A stretch of 64,000 nucleotides of DNA from assembly GCF_964355755.1 (NCBI RefSeq), contig NC_092680.1:15075045-15139044 (forward strand), read 5' to 3'. Below, in pieces: positions 23,502 through 38,405 of this stretch (the stretch's first letter is position 1; each line of letters begins with the position of its first letter). The translations under genes and the position numbers were made by a program. The stretch is from Antedon mediterranea. Lineage: Eukaryota; Animalia; Echinodermata. The notes under the pieces were generated by a model that worked only from the letters and a program-made list of their open reading frames with translations, was not told the DNA's origin and did not search any database.

Positions 23502-26500
23502 ATGTTTTCTAAAGGTGCATTAAGTATTTGTCTGTTGCTACTTTTAGCTATAACAGCACATGCAAGACGCCGACATCAACTAATATGCGATTTTGAGGAA
23601 AGCATGTGTCGGATAAAGCAGGATAAAACAGATGATGGAAGATGGCTTCGATGGAACGGAGAAGGCAATATCGGTGTGCAGACAATACCCTCTGATAGTC
23701 TGAACGGCAATTATACCGGTAAGTTATTATTCAACTTTTTAAAAAGTCCTAAAGTTTGACAAAATCCAATTCTTTTTTGTTGGAAATAATACAAAAAAAA
23801 GTATTTTGGTTTATGTGAATATTCAGCCACACAATTGTGGCACCTTTTCTCCCCGTCACGCATATTTTGAAGTTGCTGATTGTAAATATGAAATACGGTA
23901 ACATTTATTCACCTTGATGGTATTGCTTATAACTACTGCGGAATAGCTTGACGTCAGGGTTTAATTGGTCAGATGTTTTGCCCTACTCTGATGTAGTTAC
24001 ACACAACAAGCATGTTGGTGCAGTACCCGCTGCTTACTTGCGCTCGAATCTAACCACTATAGCCATCAGCTATGCAAGCTCGGTAGTCTAGATGTATGAA
24101 CGCCAGTCTAGTGATCTGGAGGTCGTGGGTTCGACTCCCACCCGAGAATTACTTGCGAAAGTATTCTCAAATAAAACATAAGCTAATATTGTTATTGGTA
24201 TAGGCGCCATATGATATTGTTATTTCTGCAATTGGTATAATTATATATATATATGTATAGCGGTAGCATAATTATTCCCCTATTTAATAATCTTTAATCA
24301 GCTCTACCGAACCTAAACCGATTAACTATAATAGGCCTACAATGAAGAAAATGCAGTGGGCGGGAAGCGATTAGATGTAATATACATGTTTTTGTGTGCA
24401 GGGACGTACCAGAAACGGTTTCCGCCTTTCGGAAATGACAGGATATGAAAAATAGCTTTAAAACGCATCACTTAATCTAATGGCACCTAATGCTAGATAG
24501 TATGATGCGATAAATTAAGTATACTGTAGGCCTACCATAGAAACATTGCGTTGGTATCGCGGGGTTGAGGTTCTTGGAATCTATGACGAGTTGGTTACGG
24601 GTTGTGTTTTTCAGTGAGCATCAATTGAAAATAATGAATATCTGATAAAGAAAGCCATTGATGCCGCAACTACAATTACTACCCAATTCTAACAGTAGGC
24701 TACTATTATGCACAACATGTCGCATACACACGAGATGGGCAACTATTGTCATATAATGGGCAACTATTGTCATATGTGTGGAGATAGCACTCATAATCGG
24801 GTAGCCAAACAGATAAATCGGCTCAAACCTGACCATATGTTGTTTTTTTTTACATAAACCTCGTAAAATAGTCATAACCGTTATATATAAATGTTGTTTA
24901 AACAGTCACCCATTGCGGCAGGAATGTATGCCGTTGGCAATTTCTGATAGGATCTGATACAAAATAGTATCATGACTATAACAAAAATAAACCGCCTTCA
25001 AGTTATGAAAAAAAAACCCAAAAAACTTAACAAGCCTATGTTTTTGACAGATACTGTAAGAAACAAAAGGTAGTAGAACGGTAAATCTAGTATACCGTAA
25101 ATGATACAACAAGGAATGTTTAATTTTTAGTGCGACCGTACCGTACCGTAAACCAGTATCTTGTAGACAGCACGTTTTTAAGTTCAACGTTCAACTCCTC
25201 GGAGGGAATTTATTTATAAGCAGGCCTATTAAATTGGGCCAACTGCCTTAAAACATAAATGCTCTATGACTGTATTGTGTTTCTAGACTTTAAAAATAAA
25301 AATTAAAATAAAACATATTTTCAACGAAATAATTTGAAATAAAGCGTGGGAAAATTTCAGAGTAATATGAAAGAGGTCCTCTAACGTGAGAGTTTTGGAT
25401 AAACTTTCTGCCTTTATCCTATTTTACTTCTAAACTTAGAATGTAAGTGTTGAAGGACTGCCTCCTTGTATAGAGATCACGGCCAAATCATTTTGGATAA
25501 AAAAAAAAAGATTACAGCTGAGGCGTGATCGGAATTGTTAATTATTCGTCCCTCCCTATTTAACACATACCGAAAATTCACTTCACTATATGAATGAATA
25601 ACTCTTTTTTATGTTTTCTACTGTATCTACAGGATACTTTATGTACGCATATTCAACAGGTGTGTCTAGACTTCTAAGCCCGGAATATTCTTCTATATAT
25701 AACGGAGGACCAAAATGTTTGACCTTTTGGTACAACATTTTTGGAAGTCGGCGGACAGGAACGCTTAGCATCTATCAAAGCTGGAATGAAACCTACTTCG
25801 GTGAGCCAATATGGCAAATAACGGGTGATATGGGAAATGTTTGGCGTCCCATAGAGATAGACCTGACAAGCGATCATCCGTTTAAAGTGAGTTACTCACC
25901 TGTTATTATTTGACTGTATGATTGTTTTAAAAGTTCGAGAAGATTATTTTGATTATGCGAGAGTGAATACTATCTACCAACATATTTATGTTAGTAATTT
26001 TAGGTTCGATTAGATAGAAAAAAATCCTTAAACCAACTTTGTTTTATGTTTAGGTCGTGTTTGAAGCAAATAGAGGAAGTGGAATTTCAATATCAATTGA
26101 CAATGTACATATATCTGAAAGTGTATGTCCTAACAGTGAATGTAAGTTAGGAATGCTTTATTATTGATTTGAAATGTATAAACATGCATACAGGTGGGTA
26201 TATAATGAATCATTCACATATGTTCCGGCACAGTTCTGGTCCGGAGCCGACAAACCGAACTTGAGTGTTTCGTTTTCACGCCGACACTCCACGCAGCTAT
26301 GCAACAAAACATATGTGCCGTAACCTCATGAAAAACAAAAACAACAAATTCACGTTCAATCTGGTTTGCCGGCGCCAGCCGGAACTGTGCCTGAACAGGT
26401 GTGAAATATCTTTAGGCCTACATCCGATTCTCAGTGCTGAATCTCATATGAAAATACTTGTTCTGCATCATAGGCAGTGTTACAGCATCTCATGAACTAT

Positions 26501-29500
26501 ATAATGGAGGGTTAAATTATGGTTAATAGTTAGGTTAGGATGATACAGACGTCGCATAAGAAACACATGTGAAGCTGTATTACGGATTTTGAGATGATAC
26601 TTAGATGGTGTACCGATAATCGGCTAAGTATAGTGGTTTTGACTAATTCAACACAGACCAAGTTACGTTTAACGCACATACTGACATAATGAATTGCTGT
26701 TTCTAAAATAGATTCCTTGGAACCCAGAATATCTTGTAATTTTGAAAACGAAGAACTGTGTGGATACCAACAAGACCTCAGTGATGACGTTGACTGGAAA
26801 AGATACAGTGCTCAAGATGGTGTTTCTGGAGACGGCCCCGATGAAGATCATACGTTTGGTGAAGACTACGGTAAGTAGGTAGACAATTAAACTCACACTC
26901 ACTGCGTTATATACGTAAGTTGGGGGTTATTACTGGAAATTACATTTGAAAGTTTATGGTAATTGTTACTAATACGAAAATCGGATAGGAAATCGTTGCT
27001 TGTTTTAAACGAAATTATAAAAGTTGACTAATACTGTGTAGTTTGCTAATTTTACAATTGTACAGGTTTTTATATTTGTATGGATCAACGCCGTGTACCC
27101 AAACTACCTGGACATCGAGCCCGCATCGTATCAGCAATCTTCAATACAACATCGGACAACGATGACCACTGTATTAAATTTTGGTATTTCCTGAGTGGCT
27201 ATGACGTCGGAGATATCAATGCTTTTATATACCATGACGAACAATCCCAGCTGATGTTTAATGTTCAGAATGATCAAAGTGAAATATGGCACAGAGCATA
27301 TTTCCAAGTTCCATCAACTGTAAATAGTTTCAAAGTTGGATTTGAATCGGTTAGAGGTGTGGGTGAAGGTATACACTGCATTGATGACGTTGAGATCTTC
27401 GAAGGTTCATGTGAAATGTGTAAGTATGGCTCTATAGCTTTGTCCAACTAATAAAATCTACGAACAGGACATTGAGCTGAGCAAAGGTAGGAACTCGTAA
27501 CAGTCCTTTGATCTTATGTCTGGCTGCGACAAATACCAACAGTACAGAATAATGTACATAATTATCCGCTGCGCGTGGAACTGATCATGTCGCAGCCACA
27601 TATAAACCTTTTTTTACCTCCAGATCTCAGCATCCTGATGTTAGATTGCCTTGGTTTAACTACAGCAGGCAGCCACATAGATAGCTAAGAATACTTGACT
27701 TTTCGAATGAATGTTCATGCTAGTAGATAAACATTGTTGGAAAGTTTAACCTTTTTAAAATAATTGTTTATTATTAGGTCATGTTAGTCATGGTTCATTT
27801 CTTTAAACAAAAATTATACCTAAAAGCTGTTGTGGGGATACATCACCGATAATTGACAGACGTTTGTTGTCTCAGTCTGTATGTAGTATTTATTACGCAT
27901 TTACTTCAAATATAAAACCTTATTTTCGTTGCAATATTTTCCATTTAATAATATACAAAAAATAATGAATTTCTATGAGTGGAAAAGTACAAATAATGCC
28001 ATGATGTGAATGATAAAAGGTTAATTTTCACAGAATTTCCAAAATTGTTGCCGTAAAAAACTATAACCACTCTATTTCAGTACTTACTACAGACACTCCA
28101 GTGGTGACCACTCCGGAACCTGTGGTGGACAACGCCAATTGTGATTTTGAGACTGACTGTCTGTATTCACTGGGGGAAGGCGAATCCCATTTGTGGCTTA
28201 AATCTCCTGCATCTTCTGAACAGCACTATCGTTTACCGAATACTGACCACACTACAGGAACCAATAGTAAGTATAATTGTTATTTTATCATTATCACAAT
28301 TCTCAGTGTACTCCTTACAAACTAACTGTTATGGAAAGGTATTCGATTTGGAAGGACAATCCCATGTATTCTCTGTTCATTATGTCACTCTTCAAAGAGC
28401 CCGTAATTTAAATGTATTCTCCTTTTCAGTTTATTCACAAATCAGTTAGAACTAAACGTATGTACCGCGCATATTTTAAATAGAGCAGAGTTCGATACAT
28501 TCCATTTTTTAAATAAAAAGATTAATCAAGAAAACCCATTTTATTTTGCAAGACTCAGCTCACCATATTATTTACGCTGTGTTTTTGAGCTTCTGCACTA
28601 AATGTACGATAACGAGAATGTTGTGGCTTATGGCCTACAGAAAAAAGCATAAAATTAATTAGTATATAGATATAGATATTAACCGGTGAAAAGGTGTTTA
28701 AATAATTTAATTTATTTTATTAGAAACTATTAATATTTCACAGTACGGTGTAACGATATATTGTTATATATATATATATATATATACTTACAATTTTAGG
28801 TGGTCATTATGCACATATGGTTAGAACTACTGAATATGACAGAATAAACCTCCGAACTCCAAAGATGCATCAACAAAACCACTCAAAATGTTTGCAGTTT
28901 TATTTCACAATGGATACTGCACGAGGTGGGGATCATCTGAACGTATTCATAGATTATGCAACTATTGCTTTCCCTACTGACCCAGCATGGATGGTTTACA
29001 GCTCGAATTTATATAGCAAGTGGACAAAAGCTCAGGTTGATATACCTCCGACTGATAGAGATTTTTCGGTAGGACCTCCTTGTACTTTCTTTGATTGTTT
29101 TCCTTTATTATATACATCTTTGATAATAATGTCAAAAAGACATCTCGTGTTAATAGGTTATGTAAATTTAGAGCCAATGGTACACAATAAACCCAGTAAT
29201 TATTATTAATTCAAGAAACAAGGTACACATATTTATATGTTTTCTCTAAAAAGGTTGTTTTTCAATCCGTGCGAGTCAATAGTTACAATGATGGACGTGT
29301 TGACGTAGCATTAGACGATATCGTATTTCTGGATCAAGATTGCTCCTCAGGTAAATTTTTATTCTAAAACGTGGTACCGATAGATATTATTTTAAATATC
29401 AAGTATTGGTTGAGAATCCAATATATTAAATGAACAGTAATTTATTTTTCGTTTATTTCTGAGTGTATGTTGAACGTTGGTTGTTCGTAGTAATGAGCTA

Positions 29501-32500
29501 TGGTTACAGTAAACTGACATTGTAAGAATTGTTGAGGAAGTTATAATGTAGTTGTTCTTCGTTTTATGTATTACACGTGATAGTAAAATATGTAATATTC
29601 ATTATAATTTTATTTTTGTAAATTAGTAACACCAGCTCCTTGGCATTCTACCATTGACTGTGATTTTGAAAGCAATGACTCATGTGGTTACGAAAATAAG
29701 TTTTCAAATGTATGGACGCGAATAAATGGAACAACGCCCTCTCAGAATACCGGTCCGTACAATGATCACACGCTAAATACAACCGAAGGTTAGTAAGTTT
29801 GTTGTCTTATGTATAGTACTTTACAATAGAAATTTAACTTTATTATTTACCCTTCATATGATATTAAAGTTTGTTTACTCAATATTTATCGGGTTCAGAT
29901 GACTTGGTTGGGATATGGTTATCAGCAGGTGTTCCTTTCTACCCAAATAGAATAAAGTTAATCTGTCTAAATAGTTCCTTGTTCCACTAACGCTAAAGTA
30001 GTATGGTCTTCTTATACACCACATATACTACATCATAATAATTGATTGATCTAGCTTTACGAATGGATCATCACACTTGAGTGATGATTGTTATATTGAA
30101 AATAGATTAAATATCATCTATTACATTTTCTTTTATCATAGGTCACTATATGTACGTAGAAGCATCTCCTCCTAGTTTTGGTGGTTCCAGGGCTCAGCTT
30201 GTAACACCGATCATCCCTAAATTTGACGGACCATTATGCCTTCAGTTTTGGTATAACATGTTCGGTGAAGATATTGGATATCTAACAATGTACAGACTAA
30301 GCCCAACGAGCAGCGCTTTATTTAGCGAGCTTGGAAATAAAGGACGCGGGTGGAAACTAGCCAAGGTGGCAGTGAACGATTATGGGAGTAGCGGCTATAT
30401 GTATACCAGCTATCAGGTGGCTTTTGAAGCTACGTTAGGTAAAGGATATAGAGGGGATATTTCTATCGATGACGTGAAGCTTCTACCATATGCCTGCGAT
30501 GCTGTGCCAGACCCAGAACCCGTGAAGAGTATTGATTGTGATTTTGAGGGTGGTGTTGGCGAATGTGGATTTACAAGAAATAAACAGTATGCAGCTTGGA
30601 AGCACTATGACCGCAAATCAACAGAAGTTGACATAGGCCTGATGTCATTGTTTCCGGAACGTCTGACAAAATGTATGTTTACTCTTGTAATATTAATCCA
30701 TGTAACGTTCGTTACAAAACTAATAATTGAATAAATTAGGAAAGACAAAAACTAAGCATAGGCCCACAAGTTTTTTTTTCTATAGCCCCTCCCCCCCCCC
30801 ACCCACTCCTCATGTATTCATGACCCAGCCGTTAAGATTTACCCACAATGACAATTCAGACAACTCCTCCTTTTCTGCTTCAAATTATTTGTCCTCAAAT
30901 TGTCCCATGTATCACTTCTTAATTTAAATTAAGAAAGAATACATGAATCAGAATTATTAACCTTGTTATCGGCACTTTCTAATTTAAAATAAAAAAAGAC
31001 ACTTAAACCAATACATTAACTTTATATGTTATTTTTCAGTATCCAATTCGTTTGTGTTCTACGATACAGTTCCGTATAATAGCCAGATATCTTTGATATC
31101 CCCACCTGTGATTCCAGCACGGCATCATTGTTTATCGCTTTCATATATATTAGAACGAGCCCATCTTAGTATCAGTGTGCAGAATTCAACTGGAATCACT
31201 GAAATGATAACACTAAAACGAGGTTATTCACCTCTATGGACGAGTAAGAAAATATCATTCATTATGGAAGGAAATGATAATTTTAAGGTAATTATTTTTT
31301 CTATTTTTTGTTAAATACAAAGCACTGTGTCACCATTATATTTCGTATAGCTTCATATTTCATTAAACACCATTCCTTTTCAAAACATTTACAGGAGGAA
31401 AACGTTTTATTCTTATTTCCCCCAAAAAAATGATAATGAATACAGTTTGTATATTATAATTATTTTGAAATATTTCACATTAAAAAAAATGACGCATGCG
31501 AGTTTAATAGACTTTTTGTAATATTTTATTCTGATCATATTTAGCATTCAACATCTCATATGAACATATAAAACCATAGTCAAAAGTACTTTCTATTGTC
31601 TATGATAAAACATACATGTTCTAAAATTAAATACATATGTGCTTTCTGATTGGCTGTTGCAACTAAAAAGATTGAGAAGATACTGTGCGGGTTTTGAAAG
31701 ATAATGGTATACTGCATATCATCTCCAGAGAGAAGCCATCGTAGTGAAATAATGTAATTATTTTGTTTATATATTGTTCTTTAGGTAGTTTTCAAAGCTG
31801 TCTACAAACTATATGAAAACTTTCTTGCAATTGACAATATTAAGCTGACACCAGGGAAATGTCACGGTAATTTTTTAAATTTTATTTGATTCAAAATATT
31901 TCTATCCAAGGGCTATTTCGCATGTTAGAATAATTTGTATCGTATGTAGGTTTACAAAGTTACTATCGTGTTCGACTTTGGTAGTTTTCATGAGAACAAA
32001 CTAGAGTTAGATTGCCATGATTCAATCATTGCAAGGATGATTTTTTATTGATTGCTGAAATTAGAAAATTCCGTTATGATGCTGCATGTGTATTCATATG
32101 CAGTCAAATAATGTACAAGATGTCTATATGTTTATTTATACTAAAGCATAATATGCTTAACCTTTCAATCCTTTTATAGTCGTTGAATAAATAGATTAAC
32201 AGTTTTGTGCCAATTTTCACAGATGTACCTGTTGAGAAACTCAGTTGTAACTTTGAAAAAGATTGTAGAATGGTTGTTAATCTCACAGATGCTGAAGAGC
32301 CTGCTTGGCAGTTATCTACGTCAACACGTTATAGTTTACTTCCAACATATGACCATACGTACGGGACACCGGCAGGTAGGCCTAGAATAAAAAAAAGAAA
32401 AGAAAAACAATTGTTGATAAACTTTAGCTATTAATACTAGGTAATTTTCCAAAAATAATGTTGACAATTTATATATTCTACAAATGTATTGTTATTTTAT

Positions 32501-35500
32501 TACGTTTTAGGTCATTATTTCTTCATATCATTTCCAAGGACAACATACAGTGATCAGAAGCGGCTTCTTCGTACTCCTATTATGCAACGTACAGGCAATA
32601 AACGATGTTTACAGTTCTATTTTTACATGGATTCATACAAATCAAATCTTTTAAACGTTTACGCCGAAGACTCCGGTCTCAATCACTTCCCAGTCGATCC
32701 AATATGGAGATCATATGGCAGTGAAAACTCGGCAAAATGGATGAAAGCCAGTGTTGATATTCCACCGACTGAAGGAGATTTCTATGTAAGTAAATTTACA
32801 ATCTACAGTACTCTTCTCTCGTACTACTAATTATTAACCTAAAAAATGATATGCAAGTTATGTAGGTAAATCCAAACGAAAATTACTAAAAAGAATGGCA
32901 ATTCCATGGGTATCATACAATGGCTGGATCTCAATGGAAATAAGCAATAGGCTAAATGAAAACGAGAAAGTAAAAGCCAAACAAAATTGCAGAGCTTTCG
33001 GGCAACACTAGTTCTTCATCATCATGTATGTAAATTATTGAAAAATAATTAAAGTGGGCGAAACACACAAGAAAAGAGATCGCTTCTCCGAAACTCTTAC
33101 AAAATGCTGGAGTGACATTAAGACGAGGCAATCGTTTACATTTACCATATTCCTTTTGCGTATTTGGTGTATTACTTATTGGTTAAATTTGATGAAATCT
33201 CTTATTGTAGCGGTTTTTTTAAAGAATAGTTCTTTCGGTACACTTCCTTACAGGTTGTATTTGAACCAATATCACAGGAGAATGTATATTCTTCTATTGG
33301 TATCGATGACATCATCATCCTTAAACAAAAGTGCTCAAAGGGTAAGTAGTCCTACTTTTAGAAGTCCATTTTAAATGTAAAATATATGCACGACAATGGT
33401 TAGACATCATGTATTTGGGAATCACAGATTTTAGTGTTTTGATAAGCATATTTAAAATGTATGTAGGCATATTACCTATACGAACGGACTGATCTCTCTT
33501 AACTTTAAATAATAGTTTTATGTTAACAACATAGGCCTACATAATGAGTAAAACATTAATCTAATGCGATTTCCAAATAATTGCATTACAAGAATCTTTA
33601 AAAAAAATTACAGTCGTCTAAAGATAATAACCATAATGAGTATCATTATTGTCACAATAAATTCAAATGCAGCATGTTGTTCTTGAATTGAACTTTTAGT
33701 ACACCTTAAGAGTATTAACAAGTAAAGTACTTTTTCAGTGATTGAACAAGAGTGGAAATCGACAATTGATTGTGAGTTCGAAGACAATGATATTTGCGGA
33801 TATAAACCAGCAGACGAAGTCAGAAGAGAGTCTGACTTTAAATGGCGGATAAACAGTGGATTGACTGACACTCATGATACAGGACCACAAACTGATCATA
33901 CGTTTGAAATGAGCGCCGCGAAAAAAGGTAAGTAGTCCAAAATTGGATACGTTGCAGATTAAAAACTATTTGGTTTTGACATAAGCAATGAATTTTAAAA
34001 TTATTCATTTTAAGAAAAAAACTTAAAAAAACTTATCTAGTGTTGTTTTTTTCTTAAAATGAATAATTTTATAATCCTTTCATTTTCATTGAAATACAAA
34101 TACAGTATCGTCCAGACTTATTCAAATAGTATCAATCAATCAATAAAGCAATCATCGAAATTTTTATTCCAAGATCAAAATAAAAACATATACAGACTGA
34201 TACAATTAACATGATAATTGAATGAGATACAACATAAGCACAAATAAGCGTTTTTAAAACAAAATTGAACATTATACGTTCTTTTACAGGAAGTTATGCA
34301 TATATCGAAACGTCACCACCACGAAAGCCTGGAGATATTGCCATACTTGCCACCCCACTCATTCAGCCTATCAATACCTCAGTTTGTCTTGAGTTTTGGT
34401 ATACTATGTTTGGTGAAGACACTGGCAGTCTTGAAATATATCGAAATATACCAGCAGTGAACCGGTACGAAAGACTTTGGCGGAAAGAAGGACAACGTAG
34501 TAAACGATGGCTTAAGGCAGAGGTGCCATTGAACACAAACTATATGGATGACAATCAAGACTTCATTGAGCACACTAGCAAGGTAGATACAAGTACTGTA
34601 ACAACGGCGGTAGGCTAATAATGACATGCTATAGTGATTATAACGAAAACGAATACGTTACAAAAAAACGTATTCGTTTTCGTAAGCCGCCAGTAAAAAC
34701 ATGAAATTTTAAAGATTTCAGGTACGTGTTGCTTGGCTTCCCATACCTAGCATAAAATCAGAGCGAACGAGATCTTTAAAAACTGCTATTTATCAAAATT
34801 TACTTCGCCTCCCTACTCATTCAATTTCACCCGATTCACAAGCCGTAGTTATAGAGAAGCGTAATAAAATAATATGTCAACACTTTTCTGTCTTTCTGTA
34901 TTTTATACTCGTTTAAATCTTGTTAAATGTTAAAATATCCCTTTTTAAAGTGTCAAGTTCAAATGATATTCACTTGAATCGGTTACATTTATTTCATGTC
35001 CTCATAATGTGTTTTGTTCATAATGTATTAATTATTCTTAATAATCGTTTTTGTTATGTTTTCAGATTTATTTCAAAGGAACCGTTGGCTATGGCTACAA
35101 AGGTGACATTGCTATCGATGACGTCAAGCTAATCTTTAAATCATGTGAACCTCCGCCAAAAGTAAAAGATCCTCTTCCAGTAAATGAAACAATGTGTGAT
35201 TTTGAAAACGGAGCTGACGGCTGTGGCTTTAAAGACTTTGAAGAGGAAGGTAGTGGTGCAGAATGGAATTATTTCAACGTTTCATCAATCAAATTTGATC
35301 CTACGATTGACAACGATGACCCGAAAGTGAACATGTCGAAAGGTAACTTAATAAACATTGCCATATTGTTAACAAGTTCTAATAGTTAAGACAGTCGTCG
35401 GTGTTTTGTTTACATTATGTAATTTATAGCAAACGAAATTTCTTTTGCTAATATTTTTATTTACTTTGATTTGAGACATCTTAGTAGGTTGTAGATCATG

Positions 35501-36877
35501 CTCTTGATCAAAATTTATGCATTTTGACTAATTTATTTTTGTGACAGGATTCAAACCTCGAATAGGGAAAGCTATTTTTTTGGGTCCCTTTTAAATATTG
35601 TACTGTTTATGTATGTGAATAAAGTAAAGTGAAAAGTTAATAGGACACGGTATAGTGTGATATTATTCTTATACTATGTGTAGCTTATAGTGTTACGAAC
35701 GAATTAGCCTAACTACACTAAAAGTGCTAAATTCATTACAGGACAGAAGTCTTTTATATTCGCCGATGCGTCGGATTTACGATCTGGTGAGCACGTTGTC
35801 ATTATGACGCCTTCAGTCTCTTCCAATCTGGATTGTTGCTTGTCATTCTCATATATAACAATGGGCGACTTTATAATCAATATCTACAGCAAACAAGCTT
35901 CTGGCGGAGAGGAGGAGTTTATTCACCAACTCGCAGGCGAAAGCATGGCAGATTGGTCCAACACCTCTGTCAACATTAAAGCTAGTGAAAATCCTTTCAA
36001 GGTGACTTTTTACTTTAATTATAGTTTAAGAATCGTCAAACATAAACAAAGATCAAAATTTGATGTACACGAGTCTGGACCTGGAATATCAAAGTGTTCA
36101 CAGACATTATGTAACAATGGAGGAATTCCTACAAAGGTACTATGTTAGGTTGTAGAAAATTAAAAGAATCTAAAAAATAAGTATAAAACATATTTGTGTA
36201 CGTACGAGACGTATCGTTTGGAGGTACCCGATAGATTACTATTACAAAGAGATAATCACAATGAACTTTCCTTTCTCTTTTAAGGTTGTTTTTGAAGGTG
36301 TGATTGGTCGTGATGACGGTGGTTTCCTAGCGCTAGATGACATTATTGTAAACGATGGAAAGTGTCCAACAGGTAAGAAGAAACGTATAAATGAGGTTTA
36401 CACCAATACCTTGTAAAATGAACTAAGACGAAATAGAAATGCCAAACAAATATTTTATTTTACGCTTCTTTCATTACAAACTTGTTAAGCTTGTGGTGTG
36501 TAGTATGTTCGTAAATTACAAAAATAGAAAGATGAATACCGTTCATATTTTGCTACCTTCTACATGTAGCACACCCATTGAGTGGGGCTTGCAAAGTCCG
36601 TTCACAATTTAGTTTAATGTATCTTTTTTATTTTAAAGTGGCTCCTATCAAACATGTCGTTGAAGATTTTGAACAGAAACCAGCGGCAGAAGACAATGGC
36701 CGATCGACCGTATCAATAGTAGTAATAGCACTACTTACTATAGCATTACTCATTGCTTTTGCTGTTGTCATCTTTTTAATCCTTGTCATTAAAAGCCATA
36801 GACAAAGAGCTTCATCTGATTCAATGATTATCGAAGACGTAAAGTCAGTAGAAGAAAAATCTTCAACTATTGATTAA
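23502..36877 (+). CDS. Type I membrane protein with 8 tandem MAM domains, paralogue 2, ~1502 aa, 21 exons
   Basis: GT-AG exons read by hand: 23502-23718, 25633-25886, 26054-26141, 26712-26870, 27066-27419, 28081-28266, 28800-29068, 29254-29350, 29627-29788, 30142-30672, 31040-31287, 31785-31866, 32223-32375, 32511-32785, 33254-33341, 33739-33927, 34290-34582, 35066-35342, 35742-36001, 36285-36372, 36639-36877. Sum is 4509 nt with consistent phases. Signal peptide MFSKGALSICLLLLLAITAHA, MAM motifs collinear with gene 1, TM IVVIALLTIALLIAFAVVIFLILVI. Confidence 0.92.
24077..24147 (+). pseudogene. tRNA-like sequence (tRNA-Thr AGT-like pseudogene or tRNA-derived SINE head) in intron 1 of gene 2
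   Basis: A-box-like GGTAGTCTAGATG, B box GGTTCGACTCCC, partial acceptor pairing CTCGG/CCGAG, loop CTAGTGA. D and anticodon stems are imperfect. Confidence 0.55.
26213..26405. mobile_element. Short degenerate MITE in intron 3 of gene 2
   Basis: Imperfect TIRs TTCACATATGTTCCGGCACAGTTC / GAACTGTGCCTGAACAGGTGTGAA. Confidence 0.55.
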
Positions 36878-38184
36878 ATTATCTATAGGATTTTAAACAA
36901 ACAGGATCCATTATGATTTAAAGCACTATTTACTCTGAAAGTAAACATACTAATTATAATTATGATCTAACTGATAATGACGTAACCACTTATAATCCAA
37001 CCGAAATATATATACATATATTAAATAGTCATATTTCTTGGGTATAAACAAATAAATAGATAATTTAGGATTTATAGGTATAAGTTCTTATCCTAATATT
37101 ATTTGGTTAAGTTGTTATCCAGTTAAGATTCGAAGTAAATCTACACTAATCTTGAAAATAATAGTGAACTCGGATATATGCATTACTTTGGGTGACAGTA
37201 CACAGCAGCAAGTAATGCAGTAACTATAATACAATTATTAATTAGTCATAATCTTCCTATTACATGACGTTATCATCCTTTATTTGATGTTGTTTAAATG
37301 TTAAACTAAAATCAAACTCTATGTCCAAAGAAGGACATTAATATTACCATTCCAATAATATTAGGTAAGTTTTAAACTCAATAATATTATTTGTTTATGT
37401 TTTTATGTATTTTGTATAATAGTGAAAGTTGAAAACATTGTTGAGCGTCTTATTTTGTGTCAATGTTATAAAAATGTTTACAATTTGAATAAACTTTTTG
37501 TCTGTCATAAAGGGAACAATGCTTTGTTGTTGGTAATATATCATGACACTGTAAGCGAGTTAAGCGCGTCGCTTTAAACGCACCATCCTAACATGTTGAC
37601 AAGCTTTCTGTAACTCCAGTTTCTCCTATTCACAAATACGACGATTTGTGTATTCTGTCATACTGAAATGTTTAATTTAAGTTAAATCAGACAATATTGT
37701 TTTTACTTTCATAGGCCTACTAACATACTCTTTTTTAAAAAGATTGTTTATATTAAAAAGAAAAAGACATCTACTTATTAACAAAAGTATCGTAGGCCTA
37801 GGTGGCTAGGCTATACCACTACAATGGAAAGGTGTCGGATATTACCCAATATTTATTACTGAACATAGGCAGGTGGTTGGTAGGTAGGCCTAGGCCTAGT
37901 ACATTTTTGTATTGGATATCCCAGATAAGGTACGCTCGAGATTTTTTGTATAACCTAATATTAGCTTATATAGAGCCCTCTATTGTTTATCCGAAATTTA
38001 TTTATTTTTAATTTGGAACCTTCGACTTCCTTTTTTAACCATCATCTGTCATAATCTTCAGTTCGAAAAATGAATTCGAACTACTTTGCGCTTACCTCAT
38101 TGCTTTAGTGGGAACCAATCCTAAAGAAATAACAATAACAGGATCGTCCAATTAAAAACAATACTATAACTAATAGGGCCTAGT

Positions 38185-38405
38185 ATAGAATTACTCTTTG
38201 CTTTTAATCCTTGTCATTATAAGACATAGAGCTTCATCAAATTCAATGAGTATCGAAGACGTAAAAGTCAGAAGAAAAATCTTCAACTATATTAGTTGAT
38301 ACGATTTTAACCACAATATTATCATGATGATTTAAAGTACCATTAACTCTGACGGTCAACATAACTGTCTTGAAGTAACCACTATCAAAATCAAACCGAA
38401 ATAAA
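38185..38405 (+). pseudogene. Orphan, frameshifted copy of gene 2's terminal exon (TM/tail) and proximal 3' UTR
   Basis: TTTTAATCCTTGTCATTA..AGAGCTTCATC..ATTCAATGA.TATCGAAGACGTAAA..GAAGAAAAATCTTCAACTAT aligns to 36774-36870 with deletions. Similarity continues along the UTR to about 37010. Confidence 0.85.

Noticed and set aside
24077-24147. Functional tRNA-Thr gene
   Set aside because: Acceptor, D and anticodon stems pair imperfectly and no T-run terminator follows directly. More likely a SINE head or pseudogene; tRNAscan-SE would decide.
3211-36877. A single 16-MAM gene, or assignment of the symbol MALRD1 or MAMDC4
   Set aside because: Each half has its own signal peptide, TM, stop codon and promoter-like motifs. 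No LDLa repeats were seen, so orthology cannot be claimed from the sequence alone.
38185-38405. Functional alternative last exon of gene 2
   Set aside because: Deletions remove much of the TM-coding part and shift the frame, and no convincing upstream acceptor in the right phase was seen.
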